NCBI GenBank assembly: GCA_023515725.1
Contig: JALDTO010000146.1
Location: forward strand, 310,001-374,000
Reading direction: 5' to 3'
Length of the DNA: 64,000 nt
Origin: Amoeboaphelidium protococcarum X5
Lineage: Eukaryota > Fungi > Aphelidiomycota
Position numbers and translations under genes: made by a program. How positions within the stretch are numbered: the first letter of the stretch is position 1; every line of letters begins with the position of its first letter. The notes under the pieces are model-generated. The model had not been told where the DNA came from, searched no databases, and was given only the letters and a program-made list of their open reading frames with translations. Positions 51,701-64,000 of the stretch are shown here, piece by piece.

Positions 51701-54521
51701 TGATCTGACCGCTCAGATTGGTAAGTAAAGTTCGCCAAGCTCTGCCCCTGTTGTCCAAGCCGTGTAAGATACCAGTGCATTTGAAAAGTCCATTGCTGAC
51801 TAAAGTAAGAGGATCTCAGAGATTGAGTAGTCTAATGCTTTACTCCGTATCTAATCAGAATAAACTTCAAAAGATTTGAAATAATATCAAGACAAAGTCA
51901 CTAGTTTACTATCCGAGAATAGAAGACTATAGGAGCAACTTGATGAGAAGGTTGCTTAGATCCAAGAACTCAGTCTTGTTGTTAAGGCCAAGGATGCCGG
52001 TAATGCAGAGTCTGCTTCTTTGGCTCCACCTGCTGCAGGCGGGCGTGCTCGTGGTGAATCTATGGCACCTGGGGATGCCAAGTCTGCGGCTTCTCTGAGA
52101 CAGGAATCAATGGCTAATATTGTCACTCGTCTGGCAGCTAAAGAGAAGGAGTGCGAAAAGTTATAGAGTGAACTTGACAAGATCAACGCCCGTGCCAGAG
52201 AAAAGAGTGAGATGGTTCAAATGATGGTTAAGAACTTTGAGGCCTCTATGGCTGAGCGTGCTGCCAAAGGAGGCACTGGCCCTGTTGAAGTGTTTGATAG
52301 TCGTATCGGTGCTGTCGTCGAAGAGCTGGTTCAATTCAGGCATAAAAATGCAGATTTGTAGTCCCAAGTTGATCAGAAGGGACAGGAAATCACACGTCTC
52401 TCTGAGTAGCTTAAAACTTTGTAGAACCCAGATACTGCCTTTTTGCCAAAACATGAATTGTAGTCCCTATAGGATAATCTCAAGCAGCAGTAGGAGAAGC
52501 TTGCTGCAGCTGAGCAAGGTTTATCAAAGGCATCTGGTGACTTACAAGGTTCTTCTGTGGTATTGTCCGCTATTACCGAATTTTTATCCGTTATTAAATT
52601 GGGCGAAGATAACAGCTCGCAGTTGAATAGCATTGCTGAAAAGTAGAAGCTTAATGATGATTAGAGAAAAGAGCTGAATAAGATTGTTGGTGATATTGGC
52701 CGACTTGCGCAAGATGCTGTGTAAAAGGGAATGTCCGGTCCTTTAGTGTCTGATGCTGCAATATCCTCTGTCACCTAGACTGAAGCTTCCACTGGCGGTG
52801 CTCCACCTCCACCTCCGCCACCAGGAGATTCAGCAGCTGGGCCACCTCCACCGCCTCCACCTGGAATGGGAGGTCCTCCTCCTCCACCTGGAATGGGCGG
52901 TCCTCCTCCACCCCCGGGAATGGGTGGTCCGCCACCTATGCCTGGTGCTCCTGGTGGTGCCAACTCAGGATTGCCACCAAAGCCTAAAATTAAGCCAAAG
53001 GTTCCTATGAAGAATGTCTTTTGGAATAAAATTCACGCTTCTAATGTTAAGCAGACTATTTGGAAGGATATTGATGAGAAGGAGATTATAGATTCGTTGA
53101 ATGTGGAAGAGCTTTCAGAGCTGTTTGGCAAAAATGTATTGGCTCCTCAATAGAAGGCCGCTGATGAGAAGGTTGACCCGAAGAAGGCTGTGGTCAGCAT
53201 CGTTGATTTCAATAGGGGTAACAACGTTGCTATCCTATTGGCTAGAATTAAGATGCCGTTCGAAGACATTAAGAATGCCTTCTTCTCTCTGGATGATCGT
53301 GTACTGTCTTTTGATCAAGTTAAAGCCTTGAAGTAGTTCACTCCTACCGATGATGAAGCTGATCAGATTTCTGAAGTAGCCAAGACTGCAGAAGGCTTTG
53401 ATTCGCTCGGAGTTGCGGAAAAGTATTTTCATAATATTGCTCAGGTACCTAGACTGGCAAATCGTATCGAATGTTGGCTGTTTAAACGCAAGTTTGACGG
53501 TGATGTTAATGAAATTGATCCTGAGCTTGACTCTGTCATATCTGCTATCAATGAGGTGAAGCGATCTACCAAGTTTAAAGTTTTGTTGAAGACTGTGCTT
53601 GGTGTTGGTAATTACATGAATGGTGGTAGTGCTAGAGGTGATGCGTATGGTTATCAATTGGAGGCGCTGATGAAGTTGAAAGATACGCGCGCTAATCCAG
53701 TTGCATCCGTAAAAGATGGCGGAGACAAGAACAAGGTTGGTATGAGCACACTGTTGCATTATTTGATTAAATTCTCTGATAGCAAGTAGGCAAGTGGCGG
53801 CTCATTTATCGACTTTATGGATGATCTTCCGCATTTGGAACCTGCATCGAGAATATCTTTGCAAGCTAATTAGTCTCAAGTTAGAGCCCTCAAGACTGGA
53901 ATTGATTTGGTCAAGAATGAGATCACAGCTTTACAAGCTCTTGGTGATAAATAGAATCCACAGGATAAGTTTATTGAAGTTATGACTAGCTTTTTGGAGT
54001 AGGCTCAGATACAAGTCACTTAGATTATGGAAAAGAGTAAGAAGGTGGAGGATGCATCCAGTCAGCTACTCATTCTCTACGGTGAAGATCCGGCCACTGC
54101 CAAAGTTGAGGACATGTTCAGTCTGATTCTCAATTTCAATCAGCAAGTTGCCAGATGTCGTAAAGAGACCGAGGATGCTGTTAAGAAGGCCAATCAATCA
54201 CAGCAGGCTGCTGCAAAGAAGACTGCTATGGCTCAGGCTGCTTCCACTCAGTCAGCACCTAAAGCTGGTGTCATGATGGAGAAGGGTGACTTGGAGAATG
54301 CCATCAAAGGCCTGAAATTAGGTGCTGGTCTAAGGAAGCCAAGAGCTTCTATATCCGAGAGTAATGGTGGAAGCGACCTTCCTGGTTTACAGTTTCCAAA
54401 GCTGAGATCAGTTGGCGGTGGTGGTGGTGCAAGTGGAAAGATTGATGATGAAAAGAGCGGATCCACGGAAACTCTGGCACGTTTGTAAAAGTAGAGAGCT
54501 GCCATTGAGAAAGGACTATGA
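48796..54521 (+). CDS. Diaphanous-related formin, ~1887 aa
   Basis: GBD/FH3 (LRVTLST...WVRQF), coiled coil, FH1 poly-Pro at 52800-52950, FH2 (PMKNVFW, GNYMNGG). Intron 48817-48878. Confidence 0.95.
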
Positions 54522-56417
54522 TAGGCGTTGATTTAAGATAAAGTTTTTTTGTTATAATGGCTTATTTTTTACTTCATGTTCTTGAATGGATGGATGAGTA
54601 TTTGTTTTGTTGGCGTGTATTTTGGGCGCCCAACCATTCAGGTACGCTGTAATATCCCAAAGTCTGGTGTCAAAAACAACAAGAAAGTGATTGAAACTAT
54701 TCTATTCCAATGTAAGAATCAATTATCAGTAAATCTAAAGCAATATTCAAGCGCAATATGACAAGTACCTCCGTGATTCTTTGAAACACGTGTGCTATTA
54801 CGGCGCCTCATATAATGACAACTTTAGGTCTCGGACTTTATCCTTTTACATTTAAACCATGCCAGCAAGCATAAAGAGACGTCAGCATATGTAAGCACCT
54901 GCTAAAGTGATACAGACATAGTCCAGACCTTGAGAATTAATTTAAATTTTCAGCATCGATAATGGCCGTTGAATTTTCAATCTTGCCTGAGGAGATTTGA
55001 TTACCCATTTATGTCAATAACGCCTAGCTCAACGGCACATTCATTTTTTACAGCGTATAGAATGTCCATCAAGTAAATGGGTGTTCCAGTGCCAAATGCA
55101 GCCGGATATAGTTCAGTCAAAAGGATATAGTCATTTCTCACTTTCCAATGACATATGTTGCCTGGTATTTGAGCATGTTCCCAAAATGCCTTCAGTTTCT
55201 ATGGCCATCATCATTCAGGCTTTAAGCATGTCATTTCCGTGGTGTATTCCATTATTAAGCTAATGTACAAAACCAGTTGGCAGCGTTATACTGTCATCTG
55301 CCACAAATCTAAAAAAGGCCGAGTTAAGCGGATAGAATTGACCACCTAGTCGCATTGTGGCTGATCGACGAATCGTAGAAACTGAACTCTGATGACCCAA
55401 TGTGAATACATCATGCGCAATAAATCATTGGAGGTGTTGACAAACCTAATTTTCGAAACATTTTAACTGGCTTATTTATTGCCACTCAAACGTGGTGCAG
55501 ACGCTGATTAATAGTTGAAACAGGCAATGGCCCAGCCAAGTTGAATATACCAGTGAGACGAGTTGTTTCAGACTGACTCAAGCCTGGATTGGAAAGTCTG
55601 CCTGATAACTATGAGAGGCGGCACTGAGACTCATGGAGTATACACATCGCTTGGAAAAGCTGAGAAAGGTTAATAAAAGGGGGAACCGCCGAGGCCGGTA
55701 CATCATCACGATGCAGGAGCACTATCGCCAATGCCTGAGTATGCGATAACAATAATGAAGAGAAGAGTAGACAAGAAAGAGAACGAGGAGTGGATGGGCT
55801 TTTATAGCCGAGTACAACAAATAAACAAACAAAGGAACTCGCGCGCGCAACGCACTTACGCACTCGACAAAAACAAAGACAACATGGAGTGTAAAATATG
55901 TCACTAGAAGGATTAACTAAAACACCAATGCAGGATGCAATTACATATTATTTTGAACCATTATTAGTGTTTCCCGAACATGTCGAGGTATCCTTACACA
56001 GCTTTGGGCATGACTAGCCATAACCAAAGGCAGGCTCAAATTGAGAGACGATTGGAGTATGCTGAACTGAGAACGTTTCATCGAGAAAATCAGAACCATT
56101 CTCTATCGAAATCTTCTTTACGTACAGAATGAGTAGTTCAAAGGATAAAATGACTCTCCTGGTGACAACGTGGTATGTTATTTAAACATTTTGCTCCATA
56201 CAAAAGCGATGTTGAACAGACTCACCATTGTCTATTTGCACTCCATAAACCAATTGTTCTTCAACTATACCAATTAATCTGACCAAAGGTCTGCATTGCA
56301 TGAGATTCGTTGATACTCGCCATCTGCATTTCCACCACTTGAAACAAGATCAATAAAAGTAAGTAGCTTCGGGTATCGATTAAGCTCCCCGCTAGCGGCA
56401 TCCAAAAAATTGTATTG

Positions 56418-56502
56418 ACTCCAATAGCTCAGATGGAAGAGCGCTCGACTGTAATAGCATCCAGTAATCGATAGGTCGCCTGTTCGATCCAGGCTTGGAG
56501 GA
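56418..56502 (+). tRNA. tRNA-Tyr(GTA) with a 12-nt intron
   Basis: Cloverleaf with A-box TAGCTCAGATGG, anticodon GTA at 56451-53, intron 56455-56466 after position 37, GCCTG-TTCGATC-CAGGC T arm, downstream T5 run. Confidence 0.85.
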
Positions 56503-57007
56503 TGTGTTATTTTTGATCAGAATGTCTTTGCAAGAACGGGGAAATATACTTGGTCGGTGGATTACAGATTGGTTTTAGTTATCCTATTCCAATCTGAGAA
56601 GGCATTGTAAGTTCTCTATAGTCGGATTGTAAACGCGCTGAATTTAACAAGATATTGCATGTATTATTTCTACATGTAGCAGAAGTTTTGACCCTGTCCT
56701 GCACCGCGCTTTTATGGTCTTTATAGCTGCCTTCAACGGTTTACTTTGTATGTAGATCAATTCTGTACTAAGAATAACCATTCTGTAACAGCGCATCTTG
56801 AGATTACAAACTTAAATATCACGTAAATAGCATGCCATTTATCAAAACTTAGCTTACCATTATAAGGTGTCATTTGAAGACTTCAAAATGTATTGTACAG
56901 TAAAGAGCGAATGAGGCGGACTCGTTCGATCGATTGTTTCTCGCCAGCCAGGTTAGTTGCTTTCTATTCCATACATTTACCAGTTATCTCTTCCATTAGC
57001 CATTGTA

Positions 57008-59762
57008 ATGAATAGAACAACACCTAAAGGCGAACTTAAATAGGACATACCTAGGCATTAGCTGTCCGTTTCAGGCTCTAACTTGGACAGAGATTACAAT
57101 AAGGATGTCGTGCCTATAGTGTAAGTTTTGCTCTGACCATTGTTTTATGGAATCTTGTATTCAACCGCTATTGTGTAAGTGTAGAGGCAAAAATGCTGTC
57201 AACTTGAGATTAAAATAAAATCATTAGATTGGATAGAAGGTGTTCTTTGATGGCTACCTGGAGGGAGTGATGTAACAAATCTATGAAAGTTAGTCGTTGC
57301 ACCAATTTCTTACTGCGGAAGCTTAGCGCGAATTGTCATGTCAAGGTATGCGGCCTCCTAAATTTCATACTTCTATGTAGTAGACTAATTATGGTAATGA
57401 TATTTCACGGCTTCAATCAAAGTTCAATCTTGTTGATGATCATGATGAATATCAGAGTCTCACTCAATAGTATCAGGATCAGATCACTTTGACAGCAGGG
57501 CGACTTCGAGATAAAGCTCTGAAGCTTGTAAATGGGATGGTGGCGGATGTAAGTAGTTAGTTGGTGGCCGACTTTATGGAGAGTACGGTGGGTGTATTTT
57601 TGAAGAGACTTTATAATCAAGGAATTCATGTCAAGTTGGGACAAGTTGACGCGGTTAAATAAGTGGCAGTTGATGCTGAACGTCGCCACCTCCCTCTTTT
57701 ATTCTTACCTGGTCATAAGAGTCATATGGATTATGTGGTACTATCTTTTGCTCTTTAAAAGCTTGGCCTCGCAGTGCCTCATGTTGTGGCTGGTGACAAT
57801 TTGAATATTCCGCTCATTGGATACCTACTGCGAAAAAGTGGGGCATTCTTCATCAAACGCTAATTTGGCGGTGATAGATTGTACCAGCAAGTGTTTAAAG
57901 AGTACATAGAATGTCTACTTTAACGTGGATATAATTTGGAGTGTTTCGTTGAGGGCACACGATCTAGAACTGGAAAGTTGATGCAGCCAAAGTTTGGCGT
58001 CTTGAAGATTGTAATGGATGCCATATTAAGTGGTAAAGTTGATGATGTTGTAATAGTGCCCGTCAGTGTGGACTACGACAAAGTGATTGAGACAGAGACT
58101 TACGTTAATGAACTGCTAGGAACTCCCAAGGAGAAGGAGAGCTTGGTTGGTCTGTTGGAATATGCTGCTGGTAAATTCTCTGCCAAATTAGGTCGGATTG
58201 ATATCCGATTTGCTTAGCCTTGGTCACTGAAGCAGTTTATCAATGAGCAGTGCATGAAAAGATCAACATCCATTGCTCTATTTTCTCCTCTTAAAAATCA
58301 AGATGCTCAGGTACTTTTGCTCAAGACTATGGGCTATCGCGTGCTGGCTGCTATCAATGGGGTGTGCACTATAACAACATCCGCTCTGGTGGCCACTGTA
58401 CTTCTTACACTGAGAGGACGTGGGTTGGGAAAGTAGGAGCTATGCAGGCGAGTGGATTGGATTAGACGTGAGATTATACTCAAAGGTGGACGCGTCACTG
58501 ATTTTGGACATCATGATACGGACAGTGTTGTCACAAAGGCATTGAACGTTCTATCGTCATTGATTGGTGTGCGCAGAGAACTTGTGGAGCCGGTGTACTT
58601 TGTATAAAAGAGATTTGAACTGAGTCTATTTCGCAATCAACTGATGCACCTATTCATTAATGAGTCCATTGTCTGCTGTGCCATGTATCAGACCATCAAG
58701 AAGGGTCAGACTCATCGAACGATATCGCGAACGTAGCTATACCGAGATGTTGTGTTTATATCACAACTTTTAAAGCTCGAATTTATTTACACTCCCGGAA
58801 CTATGGATTAGAATCTTGACACCACCGTGCAGCTTTTGTGCGAGCGTATGGTGATTGAAGTTGTAAACGGTGAAGGGAATTTGATTAGTATAGGCGGTAA
58901 TACTACAAGAAGTGACTCTACTAAAAGTACATATGAATACTTTGTACGTCTAAGTGATCAAGAACGGTCGATTGGGCGTGAAAATTTTGACTTTTACTGT
59001 TTCCTTCTGTGGCCATTTATTGAGTCTTACTGGCTGGCTACATGTGGACTATTTTGTATCATTCCGACTCCAACGTTGCATGGAGACCACATACGGGGCA
59101 TGACAGAGTCAGAACTGATGCAGAAGGTGCAATTGTTTGGCAAGACTTTGTATTATAATGGTGATCTGGGTTATTTTGAGTCGATTAATAAGGAGACGCT
59201 GAAGAATGCATTCACCCGTTACCAGTATATGGGTATTATAAGCGCTCACAAGGTGGTATCAGCAATGCTCAATGCAGGTGGAGTCGAAAAGACTGAAATT
59301 TACTACCAAGTGAGTCCTGAATACGAATGTGGAGCTATTGAATTTATCAATCAGCCCATGAATGTATATCGAAGCGCATACAAGTTTAGTTAATAAGCTG
59401 GAGCTAGTGTCCGGAATGATGTTGTCACCAGAGATGACAGTAATATGGTATAATAATCTAGTAATTAAAGGACCAAGCGCGACACTGGGGCTTCCTCTAG
59501 TCATAAAAAGGTGTATATCAAGAATGATTAACAATTAAAGGAGAAATAGAGAGGCTCAAAGTTGTGGGAATTTGTTGAAGGAATAGGCAAGTTTCGACGA
59601 GAGGGTAAGCATCGAAGAGATAATGAAGTCACTGGTAAGAGGACCATGCGCATAGCAAGGCTCATTCGAATGACTATATCTGATCAGTATCAGCACGAAT
59701 AAAAGTCATCATCGTCAATGTCGGAGAGTTTAGATCCTTATAATATTAATTCAAAACTATGA
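57008..59762 (+). CDS. GPAT/DHAPAT-family acyltransferase with C-terminal PTS1 (GNPAT-like)
   Basis: [33 protein letters not shown] motifs. Ends SKL-TGA. Intron 57121-57184. Confidence 0.92.
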
Positions 59763-59901
59763 AATCAATATAAATTTATCAGAACTGTGGATAGTTTCCA
59801 TTTTTACAGGAGATAGTCCTCTCTAATTATGCAAAGCTTTAATCAGATTGCGTATCAAGTAAAAATCTATTTGCTACCTGGTAGTACGTGATATCGTTGA
59901 A

Positions 59902-62157
59902 ATGCTCAAGTTTAAAAACGTAATTAGTTAAAGGACAGTAATGTATTCTTTGACATCAAAACATAGTAAGCAAGGCTTTGATAAGAGTATGCTATTGAAT
60001 GTGAGACGAGGTAGATTTGAAGAGATTGTTAAAGCTGTTAAATCTCGTCTGGTGAACAAGTCATCTGCTGATATCGAGCAAGTGCTTCAGATATAAAATA
60101 TTATAAATGGAGAAATAAATATTATTGCATCTAAAATACTGTAAAGATAAAAGCTATGTCTGGTAGAGCACGCGATAAAACTGCCTGCAGCTACACTGCG
60201 ACGCGTCGACTAGGCTCTCATGTTGGCCAAGTTATCCACTGCAATTGATAGACAATTATAAAAGATTGACATCAATAATGCGCCTGATAGTGATCATGAA
60301 TATAGAATGATGATGGCTGAGTGCTAGTTATAATTGCAATGGCTATATCTATTGAAGCATATAAAATCATAGTGGCGATAATATTATCATGAAAGAATTG
60401 GCTGGTAAACTTCGACGTATACTATGAGTGACGCGTTCTAATAACTGCCAGATGATTATCGCGTTGATCCAGTTCATCTTGAAGAGTCTATCCAATTGGC
60501 TTTTTAGTCTGAAGGGTTGTCTACCTTGTCATTGCGATTGTTGGCAATTAGACATTTAAGTCTTACTCGGCATCTGACGGACAGTCACTTAAATGCTTCT
60601 GCCGTGTGGAATGATGGTGATTCCCCATCGCCTCTCTACGATAATTGCCTTTCCATTCTTACTGCAGAGTCATTAAGGTCTGCACAATCTATAGCCAGGC
60701 TTAAGAACTTTCTATCCAACAATGATACTGTGATACCTTCTCATTGTTATCTCTCGGTGATTTTGGAATATCAGTATAGTCAGATTGTGAATTTTGTTAG
60801 ATATAAAAATTATGGCGATAGACTTTTAAATTAGTCTTATATTCAAGATCTGATCAGGTGGGTATAATTGAGAGCTATCTAGAAGTAGTAGTAGAACTCT
60901 GTGACATTAATCAGTTTGGTTGACTTGATAGAATTGCAATCTTGGTTTGTAAAGTATTATTCCAGATTGTGGCAGTTTCATTTGATAGAGAGCAGAGATT
61001 ATAGCCGTCTATCGTATCATTTGGGTAAGCTTCGGTAAATGGCAAAGATTTCAACTGCTCAACGTATTTCTAACTCACAAGCGATTGGGTTTGAACGTAT
61101 TAGCGATTCATCTTCGTAAATTTACAGTGGGTTCTATCAGAATGACATTAATGGAGATTTGAAATTGGCAGCGGATTATTTGGCCAATTTGGGTACCATG
61201 ACTTCAAAGCCTTTGACTGGTTAGTCCGATATATAGTAGGGGGTGTTAGAATTGTGGACCAACTACGTCTTGAGTATCTCAATGGCTTTACCTCATAATC
61301 GTACGCCAAAGCAGGACTAGCAGATGAAGTCGATGATTGCTACTGAACTGTCGCTATCATTTAGAGATCTCATCTCCTCAATGCCAGTGTAAGAATTATG
61401 GTAGGATATACGTGATTCTCATAGCAAGTAAGACTCTGCATAAAAAGTGGGTCCTCTGAGAAAGACGATTAAAAGTATCATGGATGTAGCTAGTAGATGT
61501 GACCATCATTAGCTAACGTTTGAATTATGGAATATGCTACTGGAGAATAATAGTCGGATTGATGGTTTGCGGAGGTTGATGATATTTTCTGGTTCATCAA
61601 CAGCAATAACGAATAAGGGAGGTCTCAGTTTTGATGAGCAGTTTATGGTTAGTACACTTGATCAAGCATATAAAGAGTGGTAGTAGCAGAATTCTTAAAA
61701 CCTAATCTCGATTGATGGGCCTATAGTGTCTATTGTCATTGATAGCTTAGGATTCAGTAGTGATAGGTAGCTCCTACTAGAATTTTATCGCAATTTGACA
61801 CTGGAGATGAAGTAGGACCATCCTGTAGAATAACATGGTAGATTGAATATCGAACAGAACCATTATTGTTCATTAATAGAGGCATTTGCTCGTAATCAAA
61901 TGTTTGAGTAGGCCATAGACGCTCTAATTCGTTAATAATAGTCTTAGGAGAAGAGATCAGTAGTTGGTTAGTAATCATAGGATCAAGATAGCGCATAGGA
62001 CATTAAAGATAATGGAAATACTTCACCTCCGGTCTCATTCAAGTCTGCATCTGCAATATACTCATTTATGAAGCGTAATAATGAAGTGTCTAGAAAGTAT
62101 GATCACATCATGATATACCTGGAATCAATTCACCCCAAATTGTTATCATAAATATGA
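59902..62157 (+). CDS. Helical-repeat, PPR-like protein, ~751 aa, possibly mitochondrial
   Basis: Long TAR=Gln frame, basic N-terminus, PPR-like NHYCSLIEAFARNQMFEQAIDAL near the C-terminus. Confidence 0.6.
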
Positions 62158-62239
62158 TTCCTCAAGTTGATAGTGAGTTATAAAAAGATTTAATACAATC
62201 TGTAATTTGATATTTATTAGCAAAACGCCATTTCAGTAT

Positions 62240-62311
62240 TCATGCAGTTCTTGCGGTGGAGTATTCAGTTGGTACATCAATAGAGACGATACCTTTACTT
62301 GCACCTTTATC

Positions 62312-62355
<44 letters not shown>

Positions 62356-63199
62356 GCTGAGACTAAAATAATGATTATGAAGCGGTAAACTCTTGCATGA
62401 ATCCAATTTACGGCCCCAGTTCCCATCTCAACTCCAAACTGACATTCTTCAATCCCTTCAGCTCTTCATAATCAGCCTTGACTGCCGCCTTTTACTAGGA
62501 AGTTAATGCAATATATCTAGGATCCTTTTTATTCGCACCAGATGGAGCATAAGGTGTCAGAAGATCACTCAGAGGCAAATGACAAACTGGCAGAGCCCAA
62601 TGAGAATAGCGGACATTACTCAACTTCTCACCATTGAATACCGCCTGATCAGTCCAATTCTACTTTCGATACTTGGTAGTCTTCAGTGCCGGTATAGACA
62701 AGGAGTTGAACAGATCCCCAATGTAATCCATCTCCCTGCTATAGCCCATCTCATTAACATTGATCACCTTGTACCAGACAACCATCTCATTGACAGGCAA
62801 AGCCTTAGTAGAATATGACAGCACTAGAGATATGGTCAACTACTTGGCATTCCAAGTCATAGACTGCAGGAAATCCAGACCTCCCTTCTCAGCATAGCCC
62901 TTGTTCCTATCTGCGAACGATGGCAAGTATGAACTGAGGTCGGCATTCAACTCCACATCCAGAAATAGATACTCTTTACTCTTGGCATTAAAGTATCCAA
63001 CATCATGTTTACCATGCATCAGCGACACTGATCTGACTTGTATATCGAATCCTTACTACTATTATTATTACTAACGGTGATGAGACACTGAGTACCGAAT
63101 GAACAGCGGATTCAAGAGGGAGACTGCCGCAACGAGAACCATCGCCACAGTAAGTCCATGACTAAACACAGCATTCAACCTCTACCACACAGAGTCCAT
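62240..63199 (-). CDS. SPC3: Signal peptidase complex subunit 3 (SPC22/23)
   Basis: MDSVWQRLNAVF plus TM helix, LNADLS, WNAKQL, NEMVVW motifs. (TAG)14 poly-Q near the C-terminus. Confidence 0.8.
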
Positions 63200-64000
63200 C
63201 TATTCTATAATGAATACTGAAACTACAAAAAGTTGAATTTACTCGACAAGTAGAGATTTGTTTAATTTAAGAGACGCGGCGCTTATGGATGGAACGATCG
63301 CGCGCTGAGAAAAATTCTGAGCTTGATTGAGCCAGAAGGATCTTCGGTGGAAAAGAGCGACCCTGCCAATCCCTTGGTGAATAGATTATCAATATATAAA
63401 GAGCCTTTTTATGCGACTTGTGAATTGTTAATCGTGCAAAAATTTAACATGAGTGTACAGTATCAATGATACAGATACAAAGGTGATAGGTGTAAAGGTG
63501 CATATCGCCAAGTTTAGCAGCCTGAAGCTCAGATGCTTAAAATCATCGTTATACATCAAAGATGCAGCTATGTGACTAGACAGCCGCGAAAAGTCAAATT
63601 GCAACAGTTCATTTATTATTCGGATAAAATATCGCCAATGTCGAATTACTATTGAATGAGTGGATGTCGGGTTAACCATCAATCTTTGCCAACTGCAAGT
63701 CTGACTTACACGCCTTCACCACACAGAAGCTCGTGTTTTTACCAGGAAATTCAGAATTGAACGAGCTTTTGGTAAAGTATTTAGCTTGCAGCTTGCGGAC
63801 AAATATGATATGAACCTTTGAACTTGCCGTGACTCTTTCAATCATACCTTTCATTTTTAAGAGATCAATAGGACCATTATTATCTTTTTGATTCGCCAGT
63901 AAGATTAAAATCAGTAGTCAAATCTAGTCGCGTCTGATTTTTAGTTCTATACAAATGACCAAATCTACTATTAGGGATAGCTCGAACGCATTGAGACCAT

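Noticed and set aside
52775-52963. Gly/Pro repeat ORF on the minus strand
   Set aside because: Antisense of the formin FH1 region.
54760-56350. Coding-looking stretches between the formin and the tRNA
   Set aside because: The frames I tried are broken by TGAs and show no recognisable motif.
56418-56502. Possible UAA/UAG-decoding tRNA
   Set aside because: The anticodon is GTA with a canonical Tyr-type intron, not TTA or CTA.
13510-63199. Mass pseudogenisation suggested by the fragmented ORF track
   Set aside because: The interruptions are in-frame TAA/TAG at Gln positions, and the frames are intact under TAR=Gln.
63260-64000. Minus-strand gene fragment at the right edge
   Set aside because: Short frames ended by TGA with no identifiable domain.

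Overview
Gene-dense eukaryotic (fungus-related, opisthokont) nuclear DNA in which TAA and TAG encode glutamine and TGA is the only stop. The supplied ORF track is therefore fragmented, and I re-translated the genes by hand with TAR=Gln. This code plus fungal-type genes and short GTAAG...TAG introns fits an aphelid such as Amoeboaphelidium protococcarum (inference). Positions ~2.6-13.5 kb are a three-layer nested mobile-element locus. A decayed Polinton/adintovirus-like element (protein-primed PolB plus rve integrase, no TAR codons in its frames) is split by an 8.3-kb non-LTR retrotransposon (APE-RT-RNaseH-like-zinc finger, TAR=Gln, 17-bp TSD). That retrotransposon carries a 1.5-kb TIR DNA transposon (TA TSD) in its 3' UTR. 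The rest holds about 25 host genes (AspRS pseudogene, MFSD1-like, P5CR, NudC, TIM13, CSL, PPT1, MAF1, WDR59, BRAP, PRP17-like, ALG5, FAM32A, PQ-loop, FAM214-like, OLA1, MED21, hybrid histidine kinase, ABHD13, formin, GNPAT/GPAT, PPR-like, SPC3) and an intron-containing tRNA-Tyr. The most novel-looking signal is eight YGTGDGAA CSL-type binding sites directly upstream of the CSL gene, suggesting an autoregulatory module.
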